A DNA stretch of 64,000 nt, from the NCBI GenBank assembly GCA_963837035.1, contig CAWIMH010000031.1:11571-75570 (forward strand), given 5' to 3'. How positions within the stretch are numbered: the stretch's first letter is position 1; each line of letters opens with the position of its first letter. The notes beneath the pieces were generated by a model. That model searched no databases, was not told the origin of the DNA, and saw only the letters and a program-made list of their open reading frames with translations. This document shows positions 11,320-23,343 of the stretch, one piece after another. The stretch comes from an uncultured Pseudomonadota bacterium. GTDB lineage: Bacteria; Desulfobacterota; Binatia; Binatales; Binataceae. Both the position numbers and the translations under genes were made by a program.

Positions 11320-12981
11320 GGGTTGGCGTCCGGGGATGACGCGGCAAGGCTCTTCGGCATCTTCTGCGGTCGCCTGCCGCGCAGGAGCGCGTCCGGATGC
11401 CGATCGAGATAGTCGGCCAATTCGCGCACGGCCTGCAAGGTGCTGCGGGTCTCCGACAAGGTCTCCGTGAGACCTCGTTGCAAGGGCGAATCCGCATCCA
11501 AGGTCCGGTCGGCAGAATCGAGCGTGCGATGCAGGGCCGACAAAGTGTCCGCGGCGCTCGGCAGCACGCGGGTGTGGAGCTCGTCTCAGGGTCCCATGAA
11601 GATCCTGGAGGTCCGTATCCAAATGTGTAGCGATCTTGATCGAGCGGCAAATCATTCGCCTTCTTCACCATCCGGCCGATATTCGCTTCCAGCTCTTGAA
11701 AAGTGCCATTCACGGTCGGCAGCTCGAGCGGCTGAAGCGACGCGTCAAAGGCGACTCGCGGGCTCGCGGGCAGAAAATCGAGCGCGATATAGAGCTTTCC
11801 GGTGAGCAGGCTTCCCGGATCGCGGCTGGGCGCGCAGGCCTCGGCGCACCAAGGTCCCGACGAACACTGCAAGCGTCTCCTCGCTCTCGGTCTTCCCCTG
11901 CGCGGCGAGTGCCTCATACGCTCTGGCCCATCGGCGCGGGATAGAGTTTGGCGGTCACAATGACGGGAAAAGATTTGTCATGAGGCTCATAGCCTAAGTC
12001 GACGGCGACGACAGACCCGATGTTTACGCCGACGAATTCGACAGGCGCGCCCACTTCAAGGCCCCGCAGCGCTTGTGCGAACCGCATCCGAACGTAGCGC
12101 GGGTCCCCATCGGGCGGCGCCATCGCCTCGGTTTCGTTTTTGTACAGGGTGAATTCACCCGGACATCCCGGCCGATGCCGGGACCGCTGCCGCCGGTCCG
12201 TCGTCGAAGGCAACGCCTCCAGCGAGCACCGCCGCCAAGGATTCGGTTTGCACGTTCAAGCCATCGGCGTCGAGCTTGACGTCGATTCCGCTTGCATTCC
12301 AGAAGCGCGTCACCGGCTTCACGAAGTTGTCGTAAGGCGCCTCAACGAACACGGTCACTCGCGTGTTACCGTCGGGTAGGAGATTCTCATCGATCACGCG
12401 ACCGACCTGGAACTGTCTGAAATAGACCGGTGCTCCAATTGCGAGGGAACCGGCGCGAGCGGCGATGCAAATGAAGCTCGCGACCGCGCGGCCCGTGCGA
12501 AAGAGCGGGCGGATTCTCCAACCCGACGAACTGGTGCTCACTGGCCCCCGGCCCGCCGGTCTCCATGCCGATATACACCCCCGATAGCAGGGTATCGAGT
12601 CCCGACGCCGAGCCCACGCCAATGCGCGGTCGCACGATCCAGAATTGCGTGTCTGCCTTCACCAAGCTCGCCGCATCTTTCGACAAATCGGCGCTCACCA
12701 AGACTGTTTGGTGATCCGCGCTTAGCACAACGGCCGACACGCGTCCCACCGTGACGTCCCGATACTTGACCAGGGTCTTGCCGACTTGAACCCCCTCGCC
12801 GCTCAAGAAGCTGATGGTGATCCGCGGACCCGCGTTCTCCCAATTCCTGACAAGCAGTGAAATGCCGATGACCGCCGCCACGATCGGCACCAGCCCACAC
12901 CAATCGGGGAATCCAACGTCGATTGCTGCACCTCCGGCGTGGGAAGGTCCTCCTCGGAATGTGGGGTGGGCGCTCGCTCAT
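11316..12981 (-). CDS. pqiB: PqiB / MCE-domain intermembrane transport protein (multiple frameshifts)
   Basis: GPRITISF...GKTLVKYRDVTVGRV, FWIVRPRIG...GLDTLLSGVYI, GSLAIGAPVYFRQFQVG, RFWNASG, LRGLEVGAPVEFVG, GSLLTGKLYIALDF, LADYLDRHPDALLRG. Confidence 0.88.
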
Positions 12982-13594
12982 GCGCGTCGATCCCAGATCA
13001 AGCGGGGGTCGAAACTCAACGCCGACAACATGGTCACGACCACGACGCCGCAAAAGAAGGCGATGCCCGCGCGCGGCTCGGCGGTACCTAATACCTGGAA
13101 CTGCATCAGCGCCGAGGTTAGCGCGACGACGATGACATCGAGCATCGACCAATAACCGATGAATTCCACGATCCGGTAAAGCGTCGTCCGTTGATGTTGC
13201 TCCCATCGGCTGTTCTGGCGTACCGTGAAGAGCAGCAAGCCGATCGCAATGAACTTCGTGAATGGCACCGCAACGCTGGCAATGAATATCAACAGGGCGA
13301 TATCCCAGTCCCCCGAGCGCCAGAACTCGAGAATCCCGCCGAGAATGGTGCTGTCCGCCTCGCCCAGCAATCCGCCGGTGTGCATCACGGGCAAGAGGTT
13401 CGCGGGAATGTAAAGGACCATGCCAGCAATCAGCCAAGCGAGGGTCATCTCGGTGCTGAAGGGCGTGCGATGTTCGATTCGACTTTGGCAGCGCGGACAG
13501 CGCCGGTCGGCCCCGAGAGCCGCGCGGGAGCTGCAAGACCGCAGGTTCGGCACAGAATCAAGCCGAGTTCGAGTGATCGCTTCAATGGCGTCAT
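12978..13594 (-). CDS. pqiA: Paraquat-inducible protein A, second (C-type) gene (one frameshift)
   Basis: CPRC, LYIPANLLPVM, STILGG, IASVAVP, IGYWSMLDVIVVAL, FDPRLIWD. Confidence 0.88.
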
Positions 13595-14196
13595 GTCTTG
13601 ACCGCGGGGGCAATCGACCACCAAGACGCTGGGTCACAGCGCCCGAGTAGTGCAAGCACCGTTGTTAGGGCTGCGATCGCCCAGATGCCGGCCCCCGCCG
13701 TAATGGGGACCCAATTCGCGAGTTTCACGATTGCGACCAAGGCGCCGAGCAAGAAAACCTCGGTCATGCTCCAGGGCCGCATCCGGTGAAGCAGCTTCAT
13801 GATCGGTCCAAAGCCGGGCGGCCGCAGCCCGACGCGCGCGAACAGCAGCACCCAGAAGAGGAGCGCTATTTGCACCGCCGGGATGAGAAAGGTCGTGAAC
13901 GCAAGTCCCAAGGCAGCGACTGAAATCCAGCCCTGCTGCAACGAGCGCACGGCAAACCAGATATTGGCCTTGAGTCTCCATCCCAGCGATGTCGATGCTT
14001 AGGATGGGCGTCAGATTGGCGATGGCGAAAAAGATCGCCGCGGCGCATGACGAGTGCCAATCCACTCTCCACGTCCGCGCCAAAATACCGCGCCAAGAAC
14101 CGCATCGCAGCGTCGGCAGAGGGCCACATCGCCCCGGCGCAAGGGGATCGCGCGATACACGGTGTCGCAATCGCGACAAATGAGTATCGAGTTCAC
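13591..14196 (-). CDS. pqiA: Paraquat-inducible protein A, first (N-type) gene (frameshifted)
   Basis: CRDCD...ALCRRCDAVL, FAIANLTPIL, RPWSMTEVFLLGALVAIVKL. Confidence 0.85.
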
Positions 14197-14228
14197 CGGG
14201 GCATCGCCACGCCAGCAGGTCGCACGAC

Positions 14229-15942
14229 CTATTTAGGGAAGTTCTCGCTGGATCATTTCAAATACATCGCCCGCCTTGTCCATGCATGACGGCTTGAACG
14301 GAATACATGGCCATCCCATAAGCGTTCTCTGGAGCCATGTACGGCGGCATCACGAGTTCCATCGGTTCGACTTTGACATTCAGCAGCGCGGGACCGCTCG
14401 GCTGCCCAAGCCATTCGTCCACGGCGCCTTCGAGTTCGGCTGCGTTGGTGACGGTGCTGACCCCAAAGCCCTATGGCTTCCGCGACTTTGCCAAAATCCG
14501 GATTGATAAGATCCGTATAGACCGGAAGCAATCCTTCGCCTTTCTGCTCAAGCTCCACGAATCCCAATTTGCCGTTGTCGTAGACCGCGATTTTGATCGG
14601 TAGCTTCTCCTGAATCGATGGTGATCACATCGCCGAGCAACATCGTGAAGCCACCGTCGCCGGCCAAAGCGATGACCTGGCGATCCGGCTGGGCTGCTGC
14701 AATCCGATGGCATTCCCGATCGAGGTCGCCATGGTCCCATGCAGGAGACTGCCGAACATGCGCCGCTTCCCGTTCGCGTCCACCATTCGCAGCATCCACA
14801 CCAGCGGCGTCCCGTCATCGGCGGTAAACAAGGCATCTTGATTGGCGAGCCGATTGATGATCGACGTCAAATATTGGCCGGGAATTTTGCCGCGATGACC
14901 CGGCGTGGCCCTCGCCGCCTGCGCCTTGAGCGCCTTCTGGTGACGTTCCACATAGGTATCAGGAAAGTGGCGTCTTCGCGCTGCGACAACGCGCGGCAGC
15001 AGCGCCTGAAGCGTGTCCTTGATATTTCCCACCACGCCAAGATCGACCGGATGGCGCGGTCCAACGTGGGTCGGATCATGTCGACCTGAATGATCTTGGC
15101 GTGGTCCGGATAGAATTGTGCCAGGCAAAATTGGTACCGAGAAGCAGCAAGCGTGTCGCAATTTAGGATGGCGTGATAACCGGACTCCGCCCGATAATGC
15201 CCGTCATGCCGACATTGTTCGGATTGTCGTACTCGATCTCGTCTTTGCCACGCGAAGTATGCGCCACAGGGGCTTTGAGGCGTTGCGCGAGCTCTACGAC
15301 CTCATCGTGTGCACCGCACAACCTGAGCCCGCATAAATCGTGATGTTCGTGCCCTTTTCCAGCAGGCGGCGATCCGATCCAAATCGTCTCGCTCGGCCGA
15401 ATGACGGGGACATTGACATGGACGCGAAAGGGCGGCTCGTCGACCGCATCCGAATCCGCCATGTCGACCGGGAGGATGCAAACCGCCACCCCGCGCTTGG
15501 TGATCGCCGCCTGACACGCCATGACCGTCTTTCGAGCCTTGCTCCGGCGTCAAGATCATTTCGCAAAACACGCTGCAGCCCCGATAGACCGCCTTGAAAT
15601 CCACTTCTTGGATGAAATCAAATCCAAGCTCACGGCGGACCACCTGGCTCGCGATCAGGATGACCGGCGCGCGGTTGCGGTTCGCTTCATACAGGCCATT
15701 GATGAAATGCAAGCTCCCCGGTCCACAACTGCCGGCCACGGCGGTCAGCCGATCCATCAGCAGCGCTTCGGCCTGCGCCGCGAAGGCACCGGCTTCCTCG
15801 TGCCGCATGTGAACGAACTTGATGCCTGCGGGTCCAGGCTGGTGGCAAACGCGTTCAGCGTGTCGCCGACGATGCCGTAGCAGTGCTCGACGCCGGCCTC
15901 ATTCAGTGTATCAATGATGACTTGCGCTACTTTCTTACTCAC
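14229..15942 (-). CDS. Second ThDP-dependent pyruvate dehydrogenase/oxidase, PoxB-like (heavily frameshifted)
   Basis: GTG with GGAGA RBS; CYGIVGDTLN, RHEEAGAFAA, GSCGPGSLHFINGLYEANRN, EYDNPNNVGMTG, GSLLHGTMA, GDGGFTMLLGD, MGFVELEQK...TDLINPDF. Confidence 0.85.
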
Positions 15943-16021
15943 TGGAGATCTCCGTCACGTTGAGGTACGGGTTATTGGATGGCCCGCATCTCAGATTGAC
16001 GCAGGGTATGAGGCAGTCCCA

Positions 16022-16037
16022 TCCCCCCAATGGGTGA
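16022..16037 (-). promoter_or_regulatory. Operator for the second poxB-like/pqi operon
   Basis: TCCCCCCAATGGGTGA; minus-strand CAATCT at 15998-15993, 23 nt away. Confidence 0.68.
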
Positions 16038-16069
16038 GAGCCGGCCTAACGGTTGGCAATTCGCATGCC

Positions 16070-16982
16070 TTACACGAGCAGCCTGCAATAGTGATCGGCG
16101 ATGAATGCACCGAACAGGGCCATGAGGTAGGTGATGGAGAAACGAAAGGTTCGAATGGGAAGGTCGGGCCGAATGCCTCGGTGAAGAGCCAAGGCCAGGT
16201 AAAGAAAGCGCGCATCGAGCACGAGCGCGGCCGCCAGATAGATCAATCCACTCATGCCAATGAGTACCGGGATCAGCGTACACAGAATGAGCAAGACCGT
16301 GTAGAGCAGAATTTGAAGGCGCGTGTACGGAATGCCGTGGGTCACTGGCAGCATGGGTATGCCCACCTTCGCGTACTCCTCGCGCCGCGCAATCGCGAGC
16401 GACCAGAAATGCGGTGGTGTCCACGTAAAGATGATCATGAACAACACCAATGCCTGCGCATCGATGGAGTGAGTCACGGCCACCCACCCTAGTACCGGAG
16501 GCGCTGCGCCGGCGGCGCCGCCGATCACGATGTTTTGGGGCGTCGCGCGTTTGAGCCAGCCGGTATAGATGACTGCATAGCCGATGAGTGAGCCGAACGT
16601 CAGTAGGGCGCACAGACCTCCGACCGACAGCCATAGCACCAGCATTGAGCCCACAGCCCAAGACAGCCGCGAAGGCAAGGGCCTGACTCGTCCGCAGACT
16701 TCCAGTCGGTAGCGGTCGCCGTCGGGTGCGAGCCATTTGTTTATCGATGCGCCGGTCGAGGATGTGATTGAGTGTAGCCGCGGAGCCTGATGCCATGGCA
16801 ATGCCTAGCGTGCCGAACACAAACGCGGGCAGCGGTACCATCCCGGGTGAGGCCAGAACCATCCCGACGATCGCCGTGAACACGATTAACAAGCTCACTT
16901 TGGGTTTCGTGAGCGCAAGATATTCGCGCCACCCTGGCTGGGAGAGTGCGGTTATCAGCGAATCATGGGGGGCGATCGCCAT
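16070..16982 (-). CDS. cyoE: Protoheme IX farnesyltransferase (heme o synthase), one frameshift
   Basis: YLALTKPKV, LNHILDRRIDKQMARTRRRPLP, LKRATPQNIVIGGAAGA, WTPPHFWSLAI. Confidence 0.93.
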
Positions 16983-17061
16983 GGGCAGTGGGTGATTGCT
17001 AGCGCTGGGTGTCGATGCGATCAGTGCAACGCATAGCGCGTGCTTCCTAGTGGCCGCAATG

Positions 17062-17435
17062 CTACCGTTGCATCTGCATCAGTCGATCCATGGGCATCAT
17101 GTTGTGGTTCAAATTAGCCATGATGATCATCGATCCGAATACAATGAGCCCACAACGAAAATGCCAAAGGCGAGCGCGAGAAAATTGTTGGTCTGGTCTG
17201 GCGCGCTCGAGATGTGCAGAAAGAACACCAAGTGAACCCCCATCTGGGCAATTGCGAGAACCCCCAATAAAATGGGGACGCCAGGCGGATAGATCACATC
17301 GGTTGACGAAGCCCAAAACGAGGCCAGTGTCAAAACTACCGCATAGCCTAAGCCAATCAGGTAGCTTCGGCGCACGCCGTGCGTGTGCACATGGGCTCCT
17401 GGAGACTTGCCTTGAGCTTCGATTTCGGTACTCAT
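17062..17435 (-). CDS. cyoD: Cytochrome bo3 ubiquinol oxidase subunit IV (frameshift near C-terminus)
   Basis: SYLIGLGYAVVLTLASF, AIAQMGVHLVFFLH, GSMIIMANLNHNMM. Confidence 0.9.
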
Positions 17436-18056
17436 AAGTGAGCTCCCAGGTAAACGATGGTAAATACACCGATCCAGACGATGTCGAGCGCGTGCCAGAA
17501 CAAACCAAAGCAGAAGAAGCGGCGGCTTACCATCGGCTGGAATCCGAGCGTCGCCACCTGCAGGAGCATGACAACCAGCCAGCAGAGGCCGATGGTCACA
17601 TGCAAGTCCATGGGTGCCGACCAAGGTAAAAAAGGCCGAGAGAAAGGCACTGCGGGACGGCCCCGCGCCTATGCTAAGCATGTGACTGAACTCGCTCACT
17701 TCGAGGCTCAGAAACGCTACCCCTAAAATGAAGGTGATCGCCATCCAACTATAAGTCGAGGTTCTGTCCCCGCTTTGCACGGCGAGCGAGCCAAAACCGC
17801 AGGTGACACTCGAGGCCAGCAGGCAAGCAGTCTCGATCAGAACATGCCTCTTATCAAAGAGGTCGGCGGCCGTTGGCCCGCCGGCGGTTTCGCCTGAAAG
17901 CACTGCATACGCGGCGAAGAGCGCGGCAAATATCACGATGTCGGATAGCAAGAACAACCAAAAACCGTAACCCGCGACCACGCGCTTTGGCGCAGGACCC
18001 CGAAGCGAGAGCGGCACCGCATCGGCGCTTGCGAGCACTTGGTCCGCTGCGCTCAT
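17432..18056 (-). CDS. cyoC: Cytochrome bo3 ubiquinol oxidase subunit III (frameshift)
   Basis: GFWLFLLSDIVIFAALFAAY, SAFLSAFFTLVGTHG, LFWHALDIVWIGVFTIVYL. Confidence 0.92.
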
Positions 18057-20036
18057 ACCGCGCTCTCCTTCAGACCATGGAGCCGCTCAAAGGCGGCCAC
18101 CTTCTCCGCGGGCACCTCGATCTCGCCATCGGTGCGCCACGCCTGCATGAGACAAACCACAATCGCCCCCAGAAGTCCCAATCCGGCGCCCCACCAGATA
18201 CGCCAGATGAGGGAGAATCCCAGTAGTACCGCAAAGAATGCGAGAAAGAAGCCCGTCGGATTGTTCCGAGGGACATGGATCGTTTCATAGGTCCGCTTGA
18301 CGTTGCGATCCCGCGCAGTTCCGGGCTGTTGCTTCATGGCCCAGAACGCGTCCGCGCGGTCCACTTGTCGGCAGATGCGAGAAGTTCCACACCGGTGGCG
18401 GGGACGGGGTCGACCACTCGAGCGTACGACCGTTCCACGGATCTCCCGTCACATCGCGATTGCGTTCGCGCTGGCGAATACTCACGGCCAGCTGCACGCC
18501 AGTCAATGCGATGCCTAAGAGGATCAGCACAGCGCCCGCGAGGGCGACGAGCATGAGCGGCTGCCAATGCAGGTTCGAATAGTGCTGCATGCGCCGCGTC
18601 GCACCCATGAGTCCCAGCACGTAGAGCGGCATGAAGGCGAGGTAGAAGCCGAAGAACCAGCACCAGAACACCGCCTTACCGAGTCGCTCATTCAGCGTGA
18701 AACCGAAGGCCTTGGGAAACCAATAACTGATGCCCGCCATGACACCGAAGACAACTCCGCCAATCATCACATTATGAAAGTGCGCGATCAGAAATAGACT
18801 GTTGTGGAGAACAAAGTCGGCCGGCGGGATCGCCATCAGGACACCCGTCATACCCCCGATGACGAAGGTCACCATGAACCCGACCGCCCAATAAATGGGC
18901 ACCGTGAATCGGATGCGGCCGCCATAGAGCGTGAACAGCCAATTGAAGATCTTCACACCCGTCGGCACCGCGATGATCATCGTCATGATGCCGAAGAAGG
19001 CGTTCACGTCCGCGCCGGCGCCCATGGTGAAAAAATGATGCAGCCATACCAGGAAGGACAGTACGCAGATCACCATCGTTGCCATCACCATCGAGCGGCG
19101 ACCGAATAACGGCTTACCCGAAAACGTCGCTACCACCTCCGAGAACACCCCGAACGCGGGCAGTATCAAGATGTAGACCTCCGGGTGCCCCCAGCTCCAG
19201 ATGAGGTTGACGTACATCATCGGATTGCCGCCGAGATCGTTGGTGAAGAAATGAAAACCGCAATAACGATCGAGCAGCAGCATCGCAAACGTCGCCGTCA
19301 AGATCGGAAAAGACGCAACGATCAGGAGATTCGAGGCGAGCGCGGTCCAACAAAAGATCGGCATTCGGCGGTACCCCATACCCGGGGCCCGCAACTTCAA
19401 GATGGTTGTCAAGAGATTGATGCCCGATAACAATGTTCCTAAACCCGAGATCTGAAGGGACCAAAGGTAATAGTCGACGCCGACCCCCGGGGAGTACGCG
19501 ACTTCACTCAACGGCGGATAGGCAAGCCAGCCGGTGCGGGCAAACTCGCCGACCACGAGCGACACATTGACCAAGAGCACTCCCGCCGCGGTCAGCCAGA
19601 AACTGACGGAGTTAAGCACTGGGAAGGCGACATCGCGCACCCCAAGCTGTAGCGGCAAGACGAAGTTCATGAGCCCGACGACGAACGGCATGGCCACGAA
19701 AAAGATCATGATGGTGCCGTGCGCCGAGAAGATCTGATCGTAATGTTCGGGCGGCAGATAGCCCTGCGCGTGACCAGCGGCAAGGGCCAATTGGCTGCGC
19801 ATCAACATGGCGTCCGAGAATCCGCGCACCAGCATCAGGAGGGCCAAGAGTATGTACATCACGCCGATGCGCTTGTGATCGACGCTGGTGATCCATTCGC
19901 GCCACAGGTAGGGCCACCAGCCTTTGACCGTCACCAGCGCCAACACGCAAAAGATGACAAAGCCCACACTGCCGGCGGCGATCATCACGACCGGTACATC
20001 GAACGGAATTGCCGCCCAGCTGAGCCTGCCTAGCAT
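18053..20036 (-). CDS. cyoB: Cytochrome bo3 ubiquinol oxidase subunit I (frameshift near 18360)
   Basis: [11 protein letters not shown], quinol-site R..D..H ([23 protein letters not shown]), WGHPEVY, WLHHFF, AHFH. Confidence 0.96.
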
Positions 20037-20037
20037 A

Positions 20038-20968
20038 TTACTGCCCTCGTTGCGGCGAGGCCGCCGCCATATGACCCGATGAAATACTATCGAACAGACC
20101 CTCGCTCACCTGCGCGTAGGTCTGCGCCCCGTCAGCCTTGGCGGGCTTTGCCAACTCCTCAAATGTCCTCGCGTCAAGGACGCCACCCTGCGTCTTTGTA
20201 GTGCTGACCCAGTCCTTGAAGGCCTCCGGCGTCAGTCGACACAAGATCAAATCGCATGTCGGAGAAGCCATCGCCGCTGAACTGCGCTGAGAGACCCTCG
20301 AAAGTGCCGGGTTGGTCGGCCTCCAAATTGAGCCGAGTGACCATGTTCGGCATCGTATAGATCTGACTGCCCAACTGAGGCACGAAAAAGCTGTTCATGA
20401 CCGTCGTCGAGGTCAGGCGAAATCGAAGCGGCACTCCGGCTGGGACAACCAAACGGTTCAAGCTCGCGATCCCCTCGTGCGGATAGATAAAAAGCCAGCG
20501 CCAGTCGAGGGAGATGACTTCGATATCGAGCGGCGCCGTAGATTCTTCTAGCGGCGCCGGGGGATCGAGGTCATGTGACCCCGTCCATGCTATGCCGCCA
20601 AGAAATAGGATAACGAGGGCTGGAATGAACCAGATAATCATCTCGATCCGACCGGAATATTCCCAGTCTGGCCGGTAACGCGCTTGGCTGTTTCTGGCTC
20701 GAAACCACCATGCGAATACCAGCGTGAGCACGATCACCGGAATGATGACGGCAAGCATGATCGCGGTCGAATCGTAGAGAATGACTCGCTCTGCCTTGCC
20801 CACGGGACCGTGCGGGTCGAGCACGCCCTCGCTACATGACGCCATCAACATCGCGGCACTGGTCATCGAAATTGCTCGCAGCCACATCGCCGATGCGCTT
20901 GGTGTTCTAGTGACCTCCTGGGACATCCGATCGGGTCTGGCGGCGTGCATCACGGACTCCATCGGCAT
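20038..20968 (-). CDS. cyoA: Cytochrome bo3 ubiquinol oxidase subunit II (frameshift near 20240; start uncertain)
   Basis: LMASC lipobox, [53 protein letters not shown]; no CuA cysteines. Confidence 0.92.
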
Positions 20969-21025
20969 TCTCTGGTGCAGTTAGACATGGCCACGAATTC
21001 TGTGGAAATCCCACGCCCTTCCCAA

Positions 21026-21041
21026 TCCCCCCAATGGGGGA
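21026..21041 (-). promoter_or_regulatory. Operator for cyoABCDE
   Basis: TCCCCCCAATGGGGGA (perfect); minus-strand CAGAAT at 21002-20997, 23 nt away. Confidence 0.78.
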
Positions 21042-21608
21042 ATTAGCAGGCAGTGTGGGTAGAGAGCCGGGTTAGCGGTTGGCGTGCGAACTCACTCACC
21101 CAGTTGAGAGGCCAATTGCAGAAGTCGTTTTTCGTCCCGTTCCAATACAGGGCCGGACACCCGAGCGCACGACGCGCGGGAACCGATCCGGTACCACCCA
21201 GGTGTCGTAGGCCAGCGCGCGCAGAAACGTCCGTGCGCGTCTATGCAACGGTCACATCATCACCCGCATGAATGGTAGGCGCCGCAGAGGGATCTTTCGT
21301 CACCGACGCGAGTGAAAACTCAATAGACGTGGCAAGTCTAGGTGGGTGTTTGAGAGTGAGCTGCGGGCGGGGCGAGTCTTGCATGAGATGGCACCCGCCG
21401 GCCCTGCGAGCTGCCACATTCGGGGGATATCGGCTCGGAGATCGTCTTGGGCATTCAGGAGGTTCCACCCAGTCAGGCGATGGAATTGGGAAAGATCGTA
21501 CCCGACGTTGCGAGCTCTAGGAGGTCGAACTCACGGTCACCCAAGGGGACGGGCGTGATCCACGAACGCGGACTGCTTCTGAGCCTTTGCCTGATAGCGC
21601 TCCCGTCA

Positions 21609-21624
21609 TCCCCCATCCGGGGGA
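21609..21624 (+). promoter_or_regulatory. Operator for the acyl-CoA dehydrogenase operon
   Basis: TCCCCCATCCGGGGGA (perfect); TAACTT at 21648-21653, 23 nt away. Confidence 0.78.
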
Positions 21625-21736
21625 AGGACAGGGAGAGTCAGGCCCTTTAACTTTTCTCAATGCTCAAGAACTCATCGATTTCTGCTAGAAGCCGCACTAT
21701 GAACGGCCACGGCCACTTGAACCGTAGGGGAGCAGA

Positions 21737-22966
21737 ATGACCGTCGAATCCGCAACCCCGGCCGCAAAGGCGGTCAAGCCACCGAAAGCGCTGCCCGCGC
21801 CAAATAGCGACTTCTACGAAGTCTATGAAACCTTAGCTCCCGAAGAGCTCGCGATCGTGAAGCGGGTGCGCGTGTTCATGGAAGCGAAGGTTGCGCCCAT
21901 TGCGACGAAATACTGGGTAGAGGACGCCTTTCCCTTTGAGCTGTTGCCTGCGGTGAAGGAGCTGGGCATTGGTGGGCTTGGAATGCACGGATACGGCTGT
22001 GCGGGCGGAAGCTTGGCGCTGTTGGGCTTCTTGCAAATGGAGATCGCGCGCATCGACCCGTCGTTCGCGACGTTCATGGGTGTGCACGGTGGACTGGCGA
22101 TGGGATCCATCTACATCGACGGATCGGAAGAGCAGAAGCAGAAGTGGCTTCCGCCAATGGCTCGTTTCGAGAAGATCGGCTGCTTTGGTCTCACCGAGCC
22201 GCTCGTGGGATCCGGCGCCTCAGGCGGTCTGACCACGACGGCAAAGCGCGAGGGCGACACCTGGATTCTCAACGGCGAGAAGCGTTGGATCGGTAACGCT
22301 CCGTGGTGCGATGTCTCAGTCATCTGGGCGCGAGATCTCGAGGATAACCAAGTCAAGGGTTTCATTGTTGAGAACAAGACCACTCCCGGCTTCAGCGTCG
22401 AGAAGATCCAGAACAAGACTTCGCTCAAGATCGTCCAGAACGGGCACATAACCCTCAAGGACGTGCGAGTATCGGAAGGGAACCGACTACAGGGCGGGAA
22501 CTCGTTCCGTGACACGGCCAGGGTGCTGAAGATGACGCGCTACGCCGTCGCGTGGATGGCGACCGGATGCGCGATGGGCGCCTACGAAGCTGCCCTAGAG
22601 TACAGCCAGCAGCGGTTGCAGTTCGGCAGGCCGATTGGATCATTTCAGTTGGTGCAGGATCTGCTCGCAAAGATGATCGCCAACATAACGGCATCGCAGT
22701 GCCTGATCGCACGCCAGGCACAACTGCATGCCGAAGGGAAGCTTTCCGACGCCCACGCGGCACTCGCCAAGGCGTTTGCCACGGCAAAGTGCCGCGAGAC
22801 CGTCGCGTGGGCACGCGAGGTGCTTGGTGGCAATGGAATTGTCGCCGATTACAAGGCTGCGCGCTTCTTTGGGGATGCGGAAGCACTATATTCCTATGAA
22901 GGCACCTACCAGATGCAGAACCTGATCGTCGGCAAAGCCGTCACCGGATTGAGCGCGTTCGTGTAA
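21737..22966 (+). CDS. Acyl-CoA dehydrogenase (glutaryl-CoA dehydrogenase-like clade)
   Basis: GCFGLTEP, WILNGEKRWIGN, RLQFGRPIGSFQLVQ, LGGNG, YSYEGT; GGGGAG RBS. Confidence 0.92.
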   Translation: MTVESATPAAKAVKPPKALPAPNSDFYEVYETLAPEELAIVKRVRVFMEAKVAPIATKYWVEDAFPFELLPAVKELGIGGLGMHGYGCAGGSLALLGFLQMEIARIDPSFATFMGVHGGLAMGSIYIDGSEEQKQKWLPPMARFEKIGCFGLTEPLVGSGASGGLTTTAKREGDTWILNGEKRWIGNAPWCDVSVIWARDLEDNQVKGFIVENKTTPGFSVEKIQNKTSLKIVQNGHITLKDVRVSEGNRLQGGNSFRDTARVLKMTRYAVAWMATGCAMGAYEAALEYSQQRLQFGRPIGSFQLVQDLLAKMIANITASQCLIARQAQLHAEGKLSDAHAALAKAFATAKCRETVAWAREVLGGNGIVADYKAARFFGDAEALYSYEGTYQMQNLIVGKAVTGLSAFV

Positions 22967-22986
22967 CGCTGGCAGGAGAGAATGTC

Positions 22987-23307
22987 ATGATCGGCGCCCT
23001 ACAGCCCATTCTTTCCGGAGAGATAATCAGCGCGCAGGAAGCCTATCGCATCGGGCTAGTCAACGAAATCGTTCCTGCGGTTGACCTAATTACACGCGCC
23101 GAGGCGATCCTCAACAAGATCTCCTCCAACGCCTTGCTCGCCGTCAATTTCGCGCTCGCTGCCATCAACAGCGGGCTGGAGACGAGCCAGAGTGAGGGGT
23201 TGCTGCTAGAGGCCTCTTATTTCGGCCTCTGCGCCGCAACCGAGGACAAGGCTGAGGGCACTGCTGCGTTCCTCGCAAAGCGTGCACCCCAGTTCCGCGG
23301 GCGCTGA
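22987..23307 (+). pseudogene. Enoyl-CoA hydratase, C-terminal fragment only
   Basis: ALQPILSGEIISAQEAYRIGLVNEIVP...TEDKAEGTAAFLAKRAPQFRGR; the N-terminal catalytic half is absent and there is no room for it after the ACAD stop. Confidence 0.8.
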
Positions 23308-23343
23308 GGATTCCCGCGGCTCACGAAGATTCAGGAGATACCG

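Noticed and set aside
5807-20300. Programmed ribosomal frameshifting or phase variation
   Set aside because: Breaks are numerous, at unrelated contexts and in genes such as cyoB with no such precedent; sequencing error is simpler
21412-21550. Degenerate operator-like sites TGCCACATTCGGGGGA (21412) and GGTCACCCAAGGGGAC (21535)
   Set aside because: Mismatched or wrongly spaced half-sites with no nAnnnT at 23 nt; they could be auxiliary sites but were not counted
21053-21600. Short ORFs in the cyoA-ACAD intergenic region
   Set aside because: No recognisable motifs and no well-spaced RBS/start pairs
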